DNA of 64,000 nucleotides from a virus (lineage: Duplodnaviria; Caudoviricetes): IMG/VR virus record IMGVR_UViG_3300028833_000058. The stretch is one strand, 5' to 3'. Positions within the stretch are counted from its first letter, which is position 1. Each line of letters starts with the position of its first letter. Shown in pieces: positions 16,444 through 26,673 of this stretch. A program made the translations under genes and the position numbers. Under the pieces are notes generated by a model. The model saw only the letters and a program-made list of their open reading frames with translations. It was not told where the DNA came from and made no database searches.

Positions 16444-16676
16444 TCTTCTTCTCCATTCAAATTGATTACATTACCTAATTGCTTTCCGTCTTTGTTATAT
16501 ACTTTTGATATACCACAAAACGTTAATGCAAAGTCCTCATTCCAAGTAGTACCGCAATCTGCACATTCGCAAGGATAGCTCATAACATCATCATTTAAGT
16601 CTGAGCTTCCATAATTGACCATACTTGAACCACATTTAGGACAAGTACATTCTTTAACTATCAATTTCTTTTTCAT
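16428..16676 (-). CDS. small zinc-ribbon protein
   Basis: CPKC..CADC. Confidence 0.7.
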   Translation of the reverse strand: MKKKLIVKECTCPKCGSSMVNYGSSDLNDDVMSYPCECADCGTTWNEDFALTFCGISKVYNKDGKQLGNVINLNGEEECPID

Positions 16677-16690
16677 TTCCTTTCTCCTTT

Positions 16691-16846
16691 CTAAAACGGA
16701 TTTTTATATACGATTTTAAAATCCGTTAGTTTAAAACCATTTTCTAAAATCCAATTATTAGCGGTTGTTCTTGCACTGTATCCTTTCGGGATTTTAAAAC
16801 CGCAAACTATTTCACCTGTTTTTATATTTTTAAGCCAAAACTTCAT
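16691..16846 (-). CDS. 51-aa hypothetical protein (MKFWLKNIKTGEIVCGF...)
   Basis: Fills gap; ATGA overlap with upstream gene. Confidence 0.6.
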   Translation of the reverse strand: MKFWLKNIKTGEIVCGFKIPKGYSARTTANNWILENGFKLTDFKIVYKNPF

Positions 16847-17340
16847 TTTTCTTTATCCTTTCTCATCTGTTGAATCTTTTTGGTTGTATCAGTTATAAAC
16901 CCGTAAGTTGAGTTCCAAAAGATTCCCTCTTTGCTAATTACAACGACACAAGCTCCAACAGACCGTAACTTTTCAGCTCCTGCTTCTGTTATTGCTACAA
17001 TCTCATCATCAAGTAACTGTTCTTGTAAATACTGCATAGATGATATAGTTCTGTATTTGGTTTCATCATCAAAGATAGATTCATCATCTACCTCATTGCA
17101 ATCTAAATCACAAACTTCATCAGCATAGTATTTTCTTACAGCAACTACTTTACCTGATTGTTTATCAATGATTACTTCATCATCATCATTAAGATTAGCG
17201 TCATAACTACCAATGAACACACTGTTATTTTCGGTATATACTTCATCATAACCTAATGCACCAAATACTCTTGCTACTTCATCTACATCTTTAACTTTAA
17301 TGTAGTCATTTGATGCCACTGAAAATACATAATTAGCCAT
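16843..17340 (-). CDS. hypothetical protein
   Basis: Strong RBS. Confidence 0.75.
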   Translation of the reverse strand: MANYVFSVASNDYIKVKDVDEVARVFGALGYDEVYTENNSVFIGSYDANLNDDDEVIIDKQSGKVVAVRKYYADEVCDLDCNEVDDESIFDDETKYRTISSMQYLQEQLLDDEIVAITEAGAEKLRSVGACVVVISKEGIFWNSTYGFITDTTKKIQQMRKDKEK

Positions 17341-17342
17341 TG

Positions 17343-17660
17343 TTATTCTCCTTTGTTTTCTTGTTCTTCTATTACGTCTTTAATCAAATCATCAAAGACA
17401 CAATCCATAGTATTATACAAATCACCGTAATCAGAAAAGTCTAATCTATCAATGACTTCTTGTGCGATATTATTTATCTCATCATCTGTCATCTTTATAT
17501 CATACTTATTATTACGTTCTATTATACGAATTTTTACATCATCAGTAGACCAAACCCATATCTGTTTATTGAGTTCATCTGCTAAATCGTGTAAAGTGAT
17601 ACCATAAGTATTCATAGCATCAATAATCTCTTTTAGTTTCTCGTTTTTAGTCATCTTCAA
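17343..17660 (-). CDS. hypothetical acidic protein
   Basis: ORF in operon. Confidence 0.7.
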   Translation of the reverse strand: MKMTKNEKLKEIIDAMNTYGITLHDLADELNKQIWVWSTDDVKIRIIERNNKYDIKMTDDEINNIAQEVIDRLDFSDYGDLYNTMDCVFDDLIKDVIEEQENKGE

Positions 17661-17871
17661 TCTCCTTTACTAAATCAACACCAAGGCTCAACGTGTGTCT
17701 TGCTCCGCAGTGTGGACATTTAAATTCAAAAGTTTTTGTAAATAAGTTTATGTACAAATCATCATTTATACGAAACACAAACTCTTGCTTACATCTTTGA
17801 CACTTTACAGTAATCTCAGATGTTACAAGTGCTAAAGCTCCATAGTTTATTTCTTCTGCTTTCTTACTCAC
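17647..17871 (-). CDS. small zinc-ribbon protein
   Basis: CQRC..CPHC. Confidence 0.7.
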   Translation of the reverse strand: MSKKAEEINYGALALVTSEITVKCQRCKQEFVFRINDDLYINLFTKTFEFKCPHCGARHTLSLGVDLVKEIEDD

Positions 17872-17882
17872 GATTAGTCCTC

Positions 17883-18575
17883 CTAAGATTCTTCACAATA
17901 GTCTTCGTAGTCATAACCCCAAACTTCACAAGCAAACTTTCTAGGGTTATCAATAGCTACTTCTTCAACTTCTCCATTTTCAAAGCGTAAGATACCACAG
18001 TTACTACCAATGTCTTCATCAGCGTAGGTTACTTCAATGACTTCGTTTGGTAACGCTTCAGAAAGTTTGATATACACAGGTGAAGGTATAGACCAAGCTG
18101 TTTGAAATTCTATAACATTACCATCAATGTTTGTACTAGAAGCATTCCATTTCGTTCCCCAATTCTCTAAAGCCCAGTTATACCAATTTATTGAACCATA
18201 ACGTTTTAAATTGAAGTAACCAGCTATGTAGGTACGAATATGTGAAATGTTTGTATTAGAAAAATTTTTCAACTTACAAATAGCTTTTACAACTAATTCG
18301 TTTTTCATAATTTTGTCAACGAATTTTACCTGTGTTGTTTTTTCATTATAACACTTTTCAAATTCTTTGATTATAACTAATTCACATACATCTTTTTCTG
18401 AATGTAATCCTTCGTATTCTATGTTTGAATAATCACAAAAACCAGCATCAATGTCAAGGTCTTTTGGTCTAGGTACAATTTTATTGAAATCTACATTACC
18501 TTCTTCATTTACAAGTAAATTCATCAATTCACTCATATTAGAGCAAGTTACTCTGTTTATAACCCAATTTGGCAT
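17883..18575 (-). CDS. DUF1281/YubB-like ferredoxin-fold protein
   Basis: MPNWV-N, DFNKIVP, WYNW..NWGTKWNA, F-TAWS-P, YADED-G-NCG. Confidence 0.8.
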   Translation of the reverse strand: MPNWVINRVTCSNMSELMNLLVNEEGNVDFNKIVPRPKDLDIDAGFCDYSNIEYEGLHSEKDVCELVIIKEFEKCYNEKTTQVKFVDKIMKNELVVKAICKLKNFSNTNISHIRTYIAGYFNLKRYGSINWYNWALENWGTKWNASSTNIDGNVIEFQTAWSIPSPVYIKLSEALPNEVIEVTYADEDIGSNCGILRFENGEVEEVAIDNPRKFACEVWGYDYEDYCEES

Positions 18576-18610
18576 TGCCGTTCTCCTTTCGTCAATCTGT
18601 TGATTTATAA

Positions 18611-18659
18611 ATTATAACTCACCTTACCATAGAAGTAAAGTGAGTTAATTACAATTAAT
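18611..18659 (-). promoter_or_regulatory. early promoter cassette
   Basis: ATTAATTGTAA-N9-TTTACT-N17-TATAAT. Confidence 0.8.
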
Positions 18660-18669
18660 TCTGTATAGG

Positions 18670-18858
18670 TTATACATTGCCATACATATAACTATGTTGT
18701 GCATTACCATCTAGCAGTAGCCGAACTTGTCTTCGTTCTTCTACTGTATTGACATTGTATTTATCACATATTTCACAAAATCTATTGTAGGTCAATCCCT
18801 TAATAGATTTGCAAATAGCTACTACAATGTCAATTTTATCCATTTCATGATTATCCAT
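18670..18858 (-). CDS. hypothetical protein
   Basis: GGAGG RBS. Confidence 0.65.
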   Translation of the reverse strand: MDNHEMDKIDIVVAICKSIKGLTYNRFCEICDKYNVNTVEERRQVRLLLDGNAQHSYMYGNV

Positions 18859-18867
18859 GTCTTCCTC

Positions 18868-19425
18868 CTATCTAAAATATTCTCTACTGTCAATGTAAAC
18901 ACTACCTTTTCCATTTGCACAATCTCTTAAAGAAGTTGCGTGAAAAGCAGAACGACTTAAACCAGATAAGAATTCGTGTGTCCCTAACATTCTTTTTGCT
19001 GTTCTTGCGCTAACCTTTTTCCCACGAGAAGTTTCAAAGGTAGTATGTTCAATCACTCTGTCTATTTGGTATATGTCTTTCGTGTCATATCCCCATTCTT
19101 TTAACAGAGAAATATCACTATTCTTTAGATTTTTAATAGTGTCTTTTTGAGTTTCATCATAAGGTTTTATTTCACCTTCCCAAATCATAAAGGTATTCGC
19201 ACAAGGTACAACTGGCTTATCAAATCCTTCTAATTTGAAAACGTCAGCTTCTCCATCGTGAATTTTATAAAACTTATCGTAATCATAAGTTCCTTTATAT
19301 TTATTAAAAGTGTTATCTAAATACACATCTGTTCTTGTGTAGTTTATCGCAGCTCCTTTGATGGTATCTGCAAATTGTCCAAGAACTGTGAATTTGTGTC
19401 CTCTATATTTAAACGTCTTACGCAT
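18868..19425 (-). CDS. hypothetical protein
   Basis: GAGGAGAACGACAATG start. Confidence 0.75.
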   Translation of the reverse strand: MRKTFKYRGHKFTVLGQFADTIKGAAINYTRTDVYLDNTFNKYKGTYDYDKFYKIHDGEADVFKLEGFDKPVVPCANTFMIWEGEIKPYDETQKDTIKNLKNSDISLLKEWGYDTKDIYQIDRVIEHTTFETSRGKKVSARTAKRMLGTHEFLSGLSRSAFHATSLRDCANGKGSVYIDSREYFR

Positions 19426-19675
19426 TGTCGTTCTCCTCTAAAAAAACGCAGTCCATAACTTTATCCATAGCCTGCTCTTTTGTTTCTGTCTTGAAAGAAA
19501 TGTAAACACTATTAGAAGGTTTACCAAAAGCATAAAACCACTTTTCTTTCTCTTCATCAACTGCTGTGTAATATGGAAAGGATTCAACCCAAGCTACAAT
19601 CTTGTTACCAGATTTTAGTAGATATTGCTCTGCACCGTAGTCTGTAACTCTTTTAACCCATTTAAGATTAGCCAT
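19418..19675 (-). CDS. hypothetical protein
   Basis: CAACAGGAG leader/RBS. Confidence 0.75.
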   Translation of the reverse strand: MANLKWVKRVTDYGAEQYLLKSGNKIVAWVESFPYYTAVDEEKEKWFYAFGKPSNSVYISFKTETKEQAMDKVMDCVFLEENDNA

Positions 19676-19704
19676 AGTTTTACTCCTGTTGAAATGTTAC
19701 AAAT

Positions 19705-19753
19705 GTTATATCATATTTTATCTTTAAGGTAAAGTCAGATTCTTACAATTAAT
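19705..19753 (-). promoter_or_regulatory. early promoter cassette
   Basis: ATTAATTGTAA-N9-TTTACC-N17-TATAAC. Confidence 0.78.
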
Positions 19754-19967
19754 TCTTACTCCTTTCTACTTCATCTAAATAAATATCTTCATCACAAGGG
19801 ATAAGGATTAGTATGTTATCTACTTTACTAAAGGATACAATATTATCTAAAGTTCCATATCCATTTCGTTCACTATCTCTAGACATTACAACGGCCATAT
19901 CGCCATATAGCTTTTTAACCTTTTGTAATTTCTTGATAACTTGTGAAATTGTCATAGTCTGTTTCAT
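19749..19967 (-). CDS. hypothetical protein
   Basis: Strong RBS. Confidence 0.7.
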   Translation of the reverse strand: MKQTMTISQVIKKLQKVKKLYGDMAVVMSRDSERNGYGTLDNIVSFSKVDNILILIPCDEDIYLDEVERSKN

Positions 19968-19979
19968 AGTGTATCTCCT

Positions 19980-20429
19980 TTATAGAGTTAGTAAATCTAA
20001 TCTATCTTCTGCTAATACCAATAACCATGAATAATCATCGTCTGATATAATCTTTTGAGCAGTTTTATGTTTCCTGATATATTCTAGTAGTTCAGAATAA
20101 CTATCAAATTGTTTTTTACCAAGTTGTTCTGTTATGTCTTTGAATATTAAATCAAATATAACAACATCCATAACATCCATAATATCACATTTAACATTAT
20201 TGTTAAACTCAGGTTGAACAAGTATAGTTCTTATTGTTCCATCACAGTTATCTCTGATTATAAAACAATGCTGCCCTTCTTGTTCTTTTAACTCTTCATC
20301 CAAGTAAAGTTCTTTCCAAGTAGATGAAAAGTTTTCAACAATCTCATCATAAGGTGGCACTGTTGTTTCTTCTACCGAATAGTTTGCTGCATTAATTAAA
20401 TCGTTAATGCTAACTTTTACTTCTTTCAT
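19980..20429 (-). CDS. hypothetical protein
   Basis: CAACAGGAGG leader/RBS. Confidence 0.75.
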   Translation of the reverse strand: MKEVKVSINDLINAANYSVEETTVPPYDEIVENFSSTWKELYLDEELKEQEGQHCFIIRDNCDGTIRTILVQPEFNNNVKCDIMDVMDVVIFDLIFKDITEQLGKKQFDSYSELLEYIRKHKTAQKIISDDDYSWLLVLAEDRLDLLTL

Positions 20430-20506
20430 GGTATACCTCCTGTTGAGTTTTAGTCATAAAAAAACGGCACCTTAATAACAAATGCCGTTTCTCTGGTTAA
20501 TTTGGA

Positions 20507-20929
20507 TTAGTATATATCTCCTCTTTCCCATCTCCTTTTAAAGTCCTCGTTAGCTTTCTTCTTATCAACAGGTGGTACTGGATACAAACCAGTTCTGTCT
20601 TGAAGTACGCTAATCTGTTTCAGTGTTAATCCAGTTCTCATTTTGACATAAGCTAAGTCGTGATAATAGATATTTGAACAACATCTAATGTAACGAGCTT
20701 CGTCTTTTGGTGATATTCCCCACTTATCACAAACGTTCTCTGGCTTTATAACCATTGCGTCAAGTTCTTCTGCAAGCTTTTTCTTTCTTGCTCTAGCTTC
20801 CCTTGACTTTTGGTTTTGGTATAATCTTTTAGCTTCTGCTTTAGCGTCTGCCTTTGGTGTTCCGATTCTACCATGCCGTTGATTTGGATTTGGATTCAGT
20901 TGCTTTCCCATAATCATTTTCCCTTTCAT
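20507..20929 (-). CDS. hypothetical basic protein
   Basis: ORF followed by terminator (~20458-20490). Confidence 0.7.
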   Translation of the reverse strand: MKGKMIMGKQLNPNPNQRHGRIGTPKADAKAEAKRLYQNQKSREARARKKKLAEELDAMVIKPENVCDKWGISPKDEARYIRCCSNIYYHDLAYVKMRTGLTLKQISVLQDRTGLYPVPPVDKKKANEDFKRRWERGDIY

Positions 20930-21015
20930 ATATAACTTTTTTGTTACCCACGAAAGAAAGTTTATTATGGAAAAGTTAATAAGTGGTAAATAAATTACAG
21001 TTTTTCACAAGTTTT

Positions 21016-21285
21016 TTATTTTTTCTTTAATTCCAAATAGTTAAGATATTGTTGATAAGGGAAAGACAACCAACTTGAAGTTATGTTATCTCTGCCCGCT
21101 AACTCAATGATATACTCAACTCTTAAATCATCACCATCAAAAGTTATGTCTGTGCAATCTATATGTATTTCCTCCTCGTTAAGTTTGATTGCTAAAATCT
21201 CTATAATGACGTTTTTAAACTTTTGATAGTCATTAAGTGTTTGTTCAAGTTCATTTCTATTCATCATCATCCTCCTCGTCTTCAT
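21016..21285 (-). CDS. hypothetical protein
   Basis: ORF in operon; true start probably a downstream Met. Confidence 0.65.
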   Translation of the reverse strand: MKTRRMMMNRNELEQTLNDYQKFKNVIIEILAIKLNEEEIHIDCTDITFDGDDLRVEYIIELAGRDNITSSWLSFPYQQYLNYLELKKK

Positions 21286-21511
21286 CTATATCTTCTTCAA
21301 TGAGTTCAACTTCCTCATCTTCATCACGTTCAGTATCACTATGAATACTCATATTCCAATCTGTAATTTCATCACGAAGATTGTTTTCAGCGTGGTCAAG
21401 TATTCCGCCAAAGTTATCTAAAACAATATCTTCGGCTTTACTATCATCTTCAGCAATAACATCAACTGTTCCTGTGAAGATAAGTTTTACTGGCACCCTA
21501 TATTTATTCAT
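21257..21511 (-). CDS. small acidic protein, DpnD/PcfM-like
   Basis: KYRV..V-VIAE..A pattern with acidic tail. Confidence 0.6.
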   Translation of the reverse strand: MNKYRVPVKLIFTGTVDVIAEDDSKAEDIVLDNFGGILDHAENNLRDEITDWNMSIHSDTERDEDEEVELIEEDIDEDEEDDDE

Positions 21512-21531
21512 TGTCGTTCTCCTTCGAGATG

Positions 21532-21711
21532 TTAATCTTCATCACTGCAAGTCTTTTTACCTTGCATAAGTTCACCAAGTATTTTGCAATACCTTTCTCT
21601 TTCGCTACCTTCAGAACAGGTCATAGCTTCAAGGTATTTCTTTACAGCAACCTCTCTTTCTAATTTCTCTGTCTTATTGTAGCAAGTAATTGTTACAATG
21701 TCTTTAGTCAT
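21532..21711 (-). CDS. 59-aa phage protein (..AMTCSEGSERERY..)
   Basis: Translated by hand; GGAG RBS; below ORF-track cutoff. Confidence 0.7.
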   Translation of the reverse strand: MTKDIVTITCYNKTEKLEREVAVKKYLEAMTCSEGSERERYCKILGELMQGKKTCSDED

Positions 21712-21865
21712 CGTTCAATACTCCAAAGCGTTTGATTTCTTCATCTGTCATACCGATAACGTTTTTCCAAAAATACTCACGTTCTTCTTTGGATTCGTTA
21801 TCCTTGAGTTCAAAGAGATATCCAATGCACCCGTCAAGTAACTCCTGTAATCTTTTCTTTGTCAT
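21704..21865 (-). CDS. 53-aa hypothetical protein
   Basis: Translated by hand; CAACAGGAG leader/RBS. Confidence 0.7.
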   Translation of the reverse strand: MTKKRLQELLDGCIGYLFELKDNESKEEREYFWKNVIGMTDEEIKRFGVLNDD

Positions 21866-21899
21866 AGCTTTCTCCTGTTGAAATGTTAAAGTTAAATAT

Positions 21900-21947
21900 A
21901 TTATACATAGTCATAAATAAAAGTAAATTCAAATTCTTACAATTAAT
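21900..21947 (-). promoter_or_regulatory. early promoter cassette
   Basis: Near-identical to 22750-22797. Confidence 0.8.
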
Positions 21948-21955
21948 ATTCCTCC

Positions 21956-22171
21956 TTAAAACGTTCTAGTTTCGTTATATGAAAGAAAATAGTCAACATA
22001 CTTTTTGAATTCTTCTAAAGTCATATCGTATTCTCTAGCATAATCTTCTAACTCTTCTTCACTAACATAAGGTTGGTCACATATAAAATCAGGAAAGTGT
22101 CCACATTCATAACAATCTTTCCATTCTTTTATAGCTTGACGTTTTAATTTAGCATCAGTCCATTTAGCCAT
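21956..22171 (-). CDS. hypothetical protein
   Basis: RBS. Confidence 0.7.
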   Translation of the reverse strand: MAKWTDAKLKRQAIKEWKDCYECGHFPDFICDQPYVSEEELEDYAREYDMTLEEFKKYVDYFLSYNETRTF

Positions 22172-22324
22172 CGTTTACCTTCCTTTCAGTGTTTAATGGT
22201 ATGTAAACATATTCCATTTGTTCTTGCGGTTTGTATTGAAATTCACTTGTATATTTCTTTTGTAAAAAAGCTTTCTTTAAAGTATCAGCTATTCTTTTTA
22301 ATTTTCGCTTAATGTTTTTATGCA

Positions 22325-22705
22325 TTACTCACCTCTTTTGATTTCATTTGACAAACTTTGTTTAAGATACTCTGTGCCAAGTTTTATAATCTCTGCAGAG
22401 TTCTGACCAGCTTCTTGTAGCTGTTGGTTCTCTACAATATACGGTGCAGCTATAATAAACGCTAACTGCTTTTGATTAGGAATAAACGTTATAATTAAAG
22501 AAAGTATACAACCAAGAATAAAAGATAATTTAATTGCTCTAAAATCTGACTCTTTATCTTCATCTTCATCTTTTTCTTTAATTAACGTATTTTCATCTTC
22601 AGCAGTTGCGATAAAACCAATCACAGCAAACAGAAATAAAAACGCTATTACAACGCCAAGCAGTGTTTTAATGTTAGGTAGCATAGCAAACAAATAGTAT
22701 TTCAT
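22325..22705 (-). CDS. membrane protein (2 TM)
   Basis: Two hydrophobic segments. Confidence 0.75.
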   Translation of the reverse strand: MKYYLFAMLPNIKTLLGVVIAFLFLFAVIGFIATAEDENTLIKEKDEDEDKESDFRAIKLSFILGCILSLIITFIPNQKQLAFIIAAPYIVENQQLQEAGQNSAEIIKLGTEYLKQSLSNEIKRGE

Positions 22706-22749
22706 TGTTCATCTCCTTAAAAAACGTTCTTGTTAAACCATTTAGATAT

Positions 22750-22797
22750 ATTATATACAATCATAAATAAAAGTAAATTCAAAACCTTACAATTAAT
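22750..22797 (-). promoter_or_regulatory. early promoter cassette
   Basis: ATTAATTGTAA..TTTACT..TATAAT. Confidence 0.8.
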
Positions 22798-22809
22798 CTC
22801 CCTCCTTTA

Positions 22810-23031
22810 TTAACCATTAGGCCAACGTTTTACTTTCTTTTTATCAGTATCATCTGTTATACATTCTACCGATACAACCTTAGAGCTTTCGTCAAGTTCC
22901 TCTTCAGTTTCAGGTAAATATCCACCGTCTTCAATTTCACGTTTAGCTTCTGCTTTTGAATTAGCCATTATGGTGTAGGTTAATTCAACTTGTTTTGTAA
23001 CAACTTCTGTTACTTTATACATTTTAGTCAT
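22810..23031 (-). CDS. small protein, DpnD/PcfM-like
   Basis: YKV..T-MANSKAEA pattern. Confidence 0.6.
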   Translation of the reverse strand: MTKMYKVTEVVTKQVELTYTIMANSKAEAKREIEDGGYLPETEEELDESSKVVSVECITDDTDKKKVKRWPNG

Positions 23032-23207
23032 TGGTTATCTCCTTTCAGTATTTGTAAAATTCATCATAAATTTCTTCCCAAGATTTACCATCTCTTTTGG
23101 CCTTAGCGATAGCTTTATCTCTAGATGTGCGAAGACCACTATACACAAACCAATGTGCAAAGACTATCGCAAAAATAATTTTTAGTATTATCATTGTCTA
23201 CCTCCTT

Positions 23208-23579
23208 TCAAAGTAGATTTTTCATTTTGTATAACACAACTAAATTTTCTAATTCAGATTTAGGAAACAAAACCTCGTTGTAATAACTATCGGATTCTGT
23301 AAATCCTAAACTTTTGAAATAACTTAATAATTTCTTTACTATTTTAAAGCGATTACTACCTTTGGCTTGTGTTACTCCAAATCTGTAAAATTTACAACCA
23401 TCTGGAGATACTGTATACATCTCAAAACGAAATCTTGATGTTCTATCAAGAAATCCAAGCTGCATAGAATCTCTAAAAATCGCTTTTAAGATGTCTGTTG
23501 GTAAGACAAACTGTTCACCATTCATTTTAGCTGAAATTTCTTCATCACTCCAAATCTCATCTAGTTTTATCTTCATCAC
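23208..23579 (-). CDS. hypothetical protein
   Basis: ORF in operon. Confidence 0.7.
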   Translation of the reverse strand: MMKIKLDEIWSDEEISAKMNGEQFVLPTDILKAIFRDSMQLGFLDRTSRFRFEMYTVSPDGCKFYRFGVTQAKGSNRFKIVKKLLSYFKSLGFTESDSYYNEVLFPKSELENLVVLYKMKNLL

Positions 23580-24349
23580 TCATCTCCTTTCACTGCTATA
23601 TCATCAGGAAGTTCAATATACAACTTACCATAAGTAGTTTTTGTTACCTTTAACCCTAATGCTTCCAACTCTCCTTTCATATCTTCACATCTCTTTTCGT
23701 TTTCACTTTTCGGTAACATATATTCTGCAAAGTCAACTTGATATACACAACTCTCTGAATATATCCAAGGTGTCTTGTTATACTTTTCGCAGACAGCTTT
23801 GATTTGATTTCCAAAAAGCTGTTCTAACAACTGACCTTTTTTCTTTTCAAGGTCTAATTGTTTCTCTCGTTCAGTTAATTTGGTAATCTCCTGAATGTCA
23901 TCTAAACGAATAAGTATTTGTTTTAACGCAATGTTATCTATACTCATATCAGGTAAAGCTGAATTGTAAAAAGATTCTATCAGGTTCCCCATACTTTCAT
24001 ATTTGGTTCCTGTAAGAAGTTGAAGTTCATTTACCAAACGGCGCATATTGTAATAGTCACCCGTATCAAGTATATAATCACCATCATTGTTCATTGTGAT
24101 TTGCCAAAAAGAAGTGTTATCAAACCATTCAATAACTTTCCGTGTGCAGAACATTCTATAGATATAAGGCAATTTACACACTTTTGATATACCACGCCAT
24201 CTACTTTGTCTACTTGTATACACAGCTTCAAGACCACCGTTTGTATTGTAGTAAAGATAAAAAGGCTTTTTATATCTGTATATCCTAACACCTTGTTGAT
24301 TAAAAACAAGTTCAGGCTTAATCTTCATTTCATCAATTTGAGCTTTCAT
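23576..24349 (-). CDS. paralogue family A member 1
   Basis: IKPELVFNQQGVRIYRYK..LFGNQIKAVCEKY. Confidence 0.8.
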   Translation of the reverse strand: MKAQIDEMKIKPELVFNQQGVRIYRYKKPFYLYYNTNGGLEAVYTSRQSRWRGISKVCKLPYIYRMFCTRKVIEWFDNTSFWQITMNNDGDYILDTGDYYNMRRLVNELQLLTGTKYESMGNLIESFYNSALPDMSIDNIALKQILIRLDDIQEITKLTEREKQLDLEKKKGQLLEQLFGNQIKAVCEKYNKTPWIYSESCVYQVDFAEYMLPKSENEKRCEDMKGELEALGLKVTKTTYGKLYIELPDDIAVKGDE

Positions 24350-25169
24350 CTCTGTTCTCCTTTACAATGTCTTCTTTAAGTCTAATGTTTCTTACAAGCG
24401 TTAAACGACAAATACTCTTTTTAATCTCATTTTCGTCAATCTCACCAGTAAACCCTAGTTCGTCTAACTCTTTCATTAAAGTATCTTCAATGAGTTTATG
24501 AGCAAAATTATATATAGCAATGTTAATATCACCTCTAGTGTAATATCCTGTGCTCAAATATGTTTTACCATTATCAAACTCTGAAGTAACTAATCCGTGT
24601 TTATTAGCTATATTATTGATTGCATTATAAAAATAAGTATTTATAAACTTATCTTTATTTTGTTTAAGTTGTTCCTCCTTTTCTGTATCAGTAAAATCAA
24701 AAAGTTCTACGAATTTACTTGTGTCGTAAAACTCTCTGCCACCTCCATCAGTTTTAACTGTAGCGTTACGATAGTTTATAACATCACCTTGAACGAATAC
24801 AAATTTACTGAGGTCATAGCCTGTTACTCTTTGTATAGTATCAAATGCAAACTCTCTTATACTGAGTTTACCTTCATACCAAGTAGAATAAATACCTTTC
24901 TCTAGATATTTATTCTTTACTTCGTTTTTGACTATTTCATTTACTCTATCTATTAAGTCTTTGCTCATAACTAATCTGTAGATATAATCACAGGTGAATA
25001 CTCTAGGCTCATAATACTTCCTGTCACGTCTGCTTATAGTAGTATCTTCAATGTGCTTATCTTGATTAGTATAGATATAATGTAACTTCTTATATCTAAA
25101 GATTCTTAAACCGTTATTGTTAAACATTAATTCAGGTTTAATTTTCTCCTCGTTTAGTATTGCTTTCAT
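24333..25169 (-). CDS. paralogue family A member 2
   Basis: MKAILNEEKIKPELMFNNNGLRIFRYK; start at 25169 after AAGGAG. Confidence 0.8.
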   Translation of the reverse strand: MKAILNEEKIKPELMFNNNGLRIFRYKKLHYIYTNQDKHIEDTTISRRDRKYYEPRVFTCDYIYRLVMSKDLIDRVNEIVKNEVKNKYLEKGIYSTWYEGKLSIREFAFDTIQRVTGYDLSKFVFVQGDVINYRNATVKTDGGGREFYDTSKFVELFDFTDTEKEEQLKQNKDKFINTYFYNAINNIANKHGLVTSEFDNGKTYLSTGYYTRGDINIAIYNFAHKLIEDTLMKELDELGFTGEIDENEIKKSICRLTLVRNIRLKEDIVKENRDESSN

Positions 25170-25884
25170 CGGCTTTCTCCTTTTCAAATAAGTCGTCTCT
25201 AGCTTTGATGGAATAAATGGTATCAGTAAAAGCGGTTTTGATATCAAACATACTAACTTTAGTATCAAAGCCTAAATCATTTAGGTCTTTGACGATTGTA
25301 TTGTTGATAAGTTTTTCAATCTCTTTGGTAAAAAAGTTATCACCATAACACCAGCTAACTAAAGCTGAACCCTTTTGAAATCCCTTAAATTCAAAACCAT
25401 ACTTTTCAGCAAGAGCTCTAAAAGTATTGCCGAATAAACCTTCTAGAAGTTTATCCTTATTAGCAGTTCTTTGCCTCTGAAGTTCAAGGTTAGTCAACCC
25501 AGTGTCATCGTGATAATCTGATTCTTTGTAATAGGCTAAAGAATGTACAACATCTGAAAACTTACCCCAGTCAGTAAACGTTATGTCATCATCACGCCAT
25601 AAATGTTTCAAATCTCTAACCTTTTGTCCAGTAACTTTTTCAATGTTATATTCATCTGTGTTATCGTGTAAGTTATCCATACCTTCTTTACTTATACATA
25701 TTCTGTAGATATAATCAGAACAACCTCTGCGTGAATATCTAAACAAATCATTTCTTTTAGTTGAAGTTTTTACTAAACCACCCCAAGCGAAATACCCAAA
25801 GTGTGGATACTTATATCTATAGAGCCTTATACCTTTAATGTCAAATATCAGTTCAGGCTCAATGTTCTGTATCGTTACTTTCAT
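25138..25884 (-). CDS. paralogue family A member 3
   Basis: IEPELIFDIKGIRLYRYK..LFGNTFRALAEKYG. Confidence 0.8.
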   Translation of the reverse strand: MKVTIQNIEPELIFDIKGIRLYRYKYPHFGYFAWGGLVKTSTKRNDLFRYSRRGCSDYIYRICISKEGMDNLHDNTDEYNIEKVTGQKVRDLKHLWRDDDITFTDWGKFSDVVHSLAYYKESDYHDDTGLTNLELQRQRTANKDKLLEGLFGNTFRALAEKYGFEFKGFQKGSALVSWCYGDNFFTKEIEKLINNTIVKDLNDLGFDTKVSMFDIKTAFTDTIYSIKARDDLFEKEKADESNTKRGEN

Positions 25885-26062
25885 TAGCTTTCTCCTTCTG
25901 CTCTTTAATATATTTCACTAAAGCCAATACGCTTTCGTGAAGGTTCTTATTGAGTTCAGCTTGTTCAAGAAGTTGTTTTTTAGTTTCAAGCATATAATCT
26001 TCAAACTGTTTTTCAATTTTCTTGATTTTGTCCAACAATCTCAATTCATTTGTGCTTAACAT
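25859..26062 (-). CDS. small coiled-coil protein
   Basis: AGGAG RBS. Confidence 0.65.
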   Translation of the reverse strand: MLSTNELRLLDKIKKIEKQFEDYMLETKKQLLEQAELNKNLHESVLALVKYIKEQKEKANESNDTEH

Positions 26063-26673
26063 CGTAGGTCTCCTAAGAAGTCATAATCTTGTTTAATGTA
26101 ATCATACACCGTGCCAAAGTCATACTCATATATTTTACAGAGCATACTTATTTCGTCTTTTCTAGGTTTCTGTTCAAGACATACACGCATAGCTCTGAAC
26201 AACTGAAACATCTTCTTGTTGTCCTTATACTTTTTACGTAACTCTTTATCAATACAAGTAGAGTAAGCGTTTTTAATTCGTATTATGTCTTTAGATTTTA
26301 GAGCATTAGCAAAGTCATCAACTAATGATTCAACATCACCAGTTTCTTTGCCTTCGCTATCTCTCATTTCTACACGGTGATACATAGGCATACAGTTCCA
26401 ACGATTGAAACACACACCATGACGAAAAACTCTAGGTTGTTCATAAGTTCCGTCTTCAAAAGGTAAAGACTTTAAACTAACATCAAACGCTGTATAAACG
26501 TGTCTATTAGTTGTAACAGACCAGCCATTCCAAAGTCTTATGTATTTTCCTTCAGGTGTCATTTTAACTACATCAGTTGAATAGGACTGAAGTATTTTAG
26601 TTCCGTCACTATATGTCTTTACCCAAGCTTCCATATAGTTAACACGTTTTTTAGATACTAATTCAGCAGTCAT
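26056..26673 (-). CDS. hypothetical protein
   Basis: L-SY-T-V and WS-TT-RH phage motifs; strong RBS. Confidence 0.75.
   Translation of the reverse strand: MTAELVSKKRVNYMEAWVKTYSDGTKILQSYSTDVVKMTPEGKYIRLWNGWSVTTNRHVYTAFDVSLKSLPFEDGTYEQPRVFRHGVCFNRWNCMPMYHRVEMRDSEGKETGDVESLVDDFANALKSKDIIRIKNAYSTCIDKELRKKYKDNKKMFQLFRAMRVCLEQKPRKDEISMLCKIYEYDFGTVYDYIKQDYDFLGDLRC

Noticed and set aside
14363-22797. Repeated intergenic motif as a CRISPR array or attC-like cassette
   Set aside because: Spacing is gene-sized and irregular, the motif has -35/-10 geometry, and no cas or integrase gene is in the window
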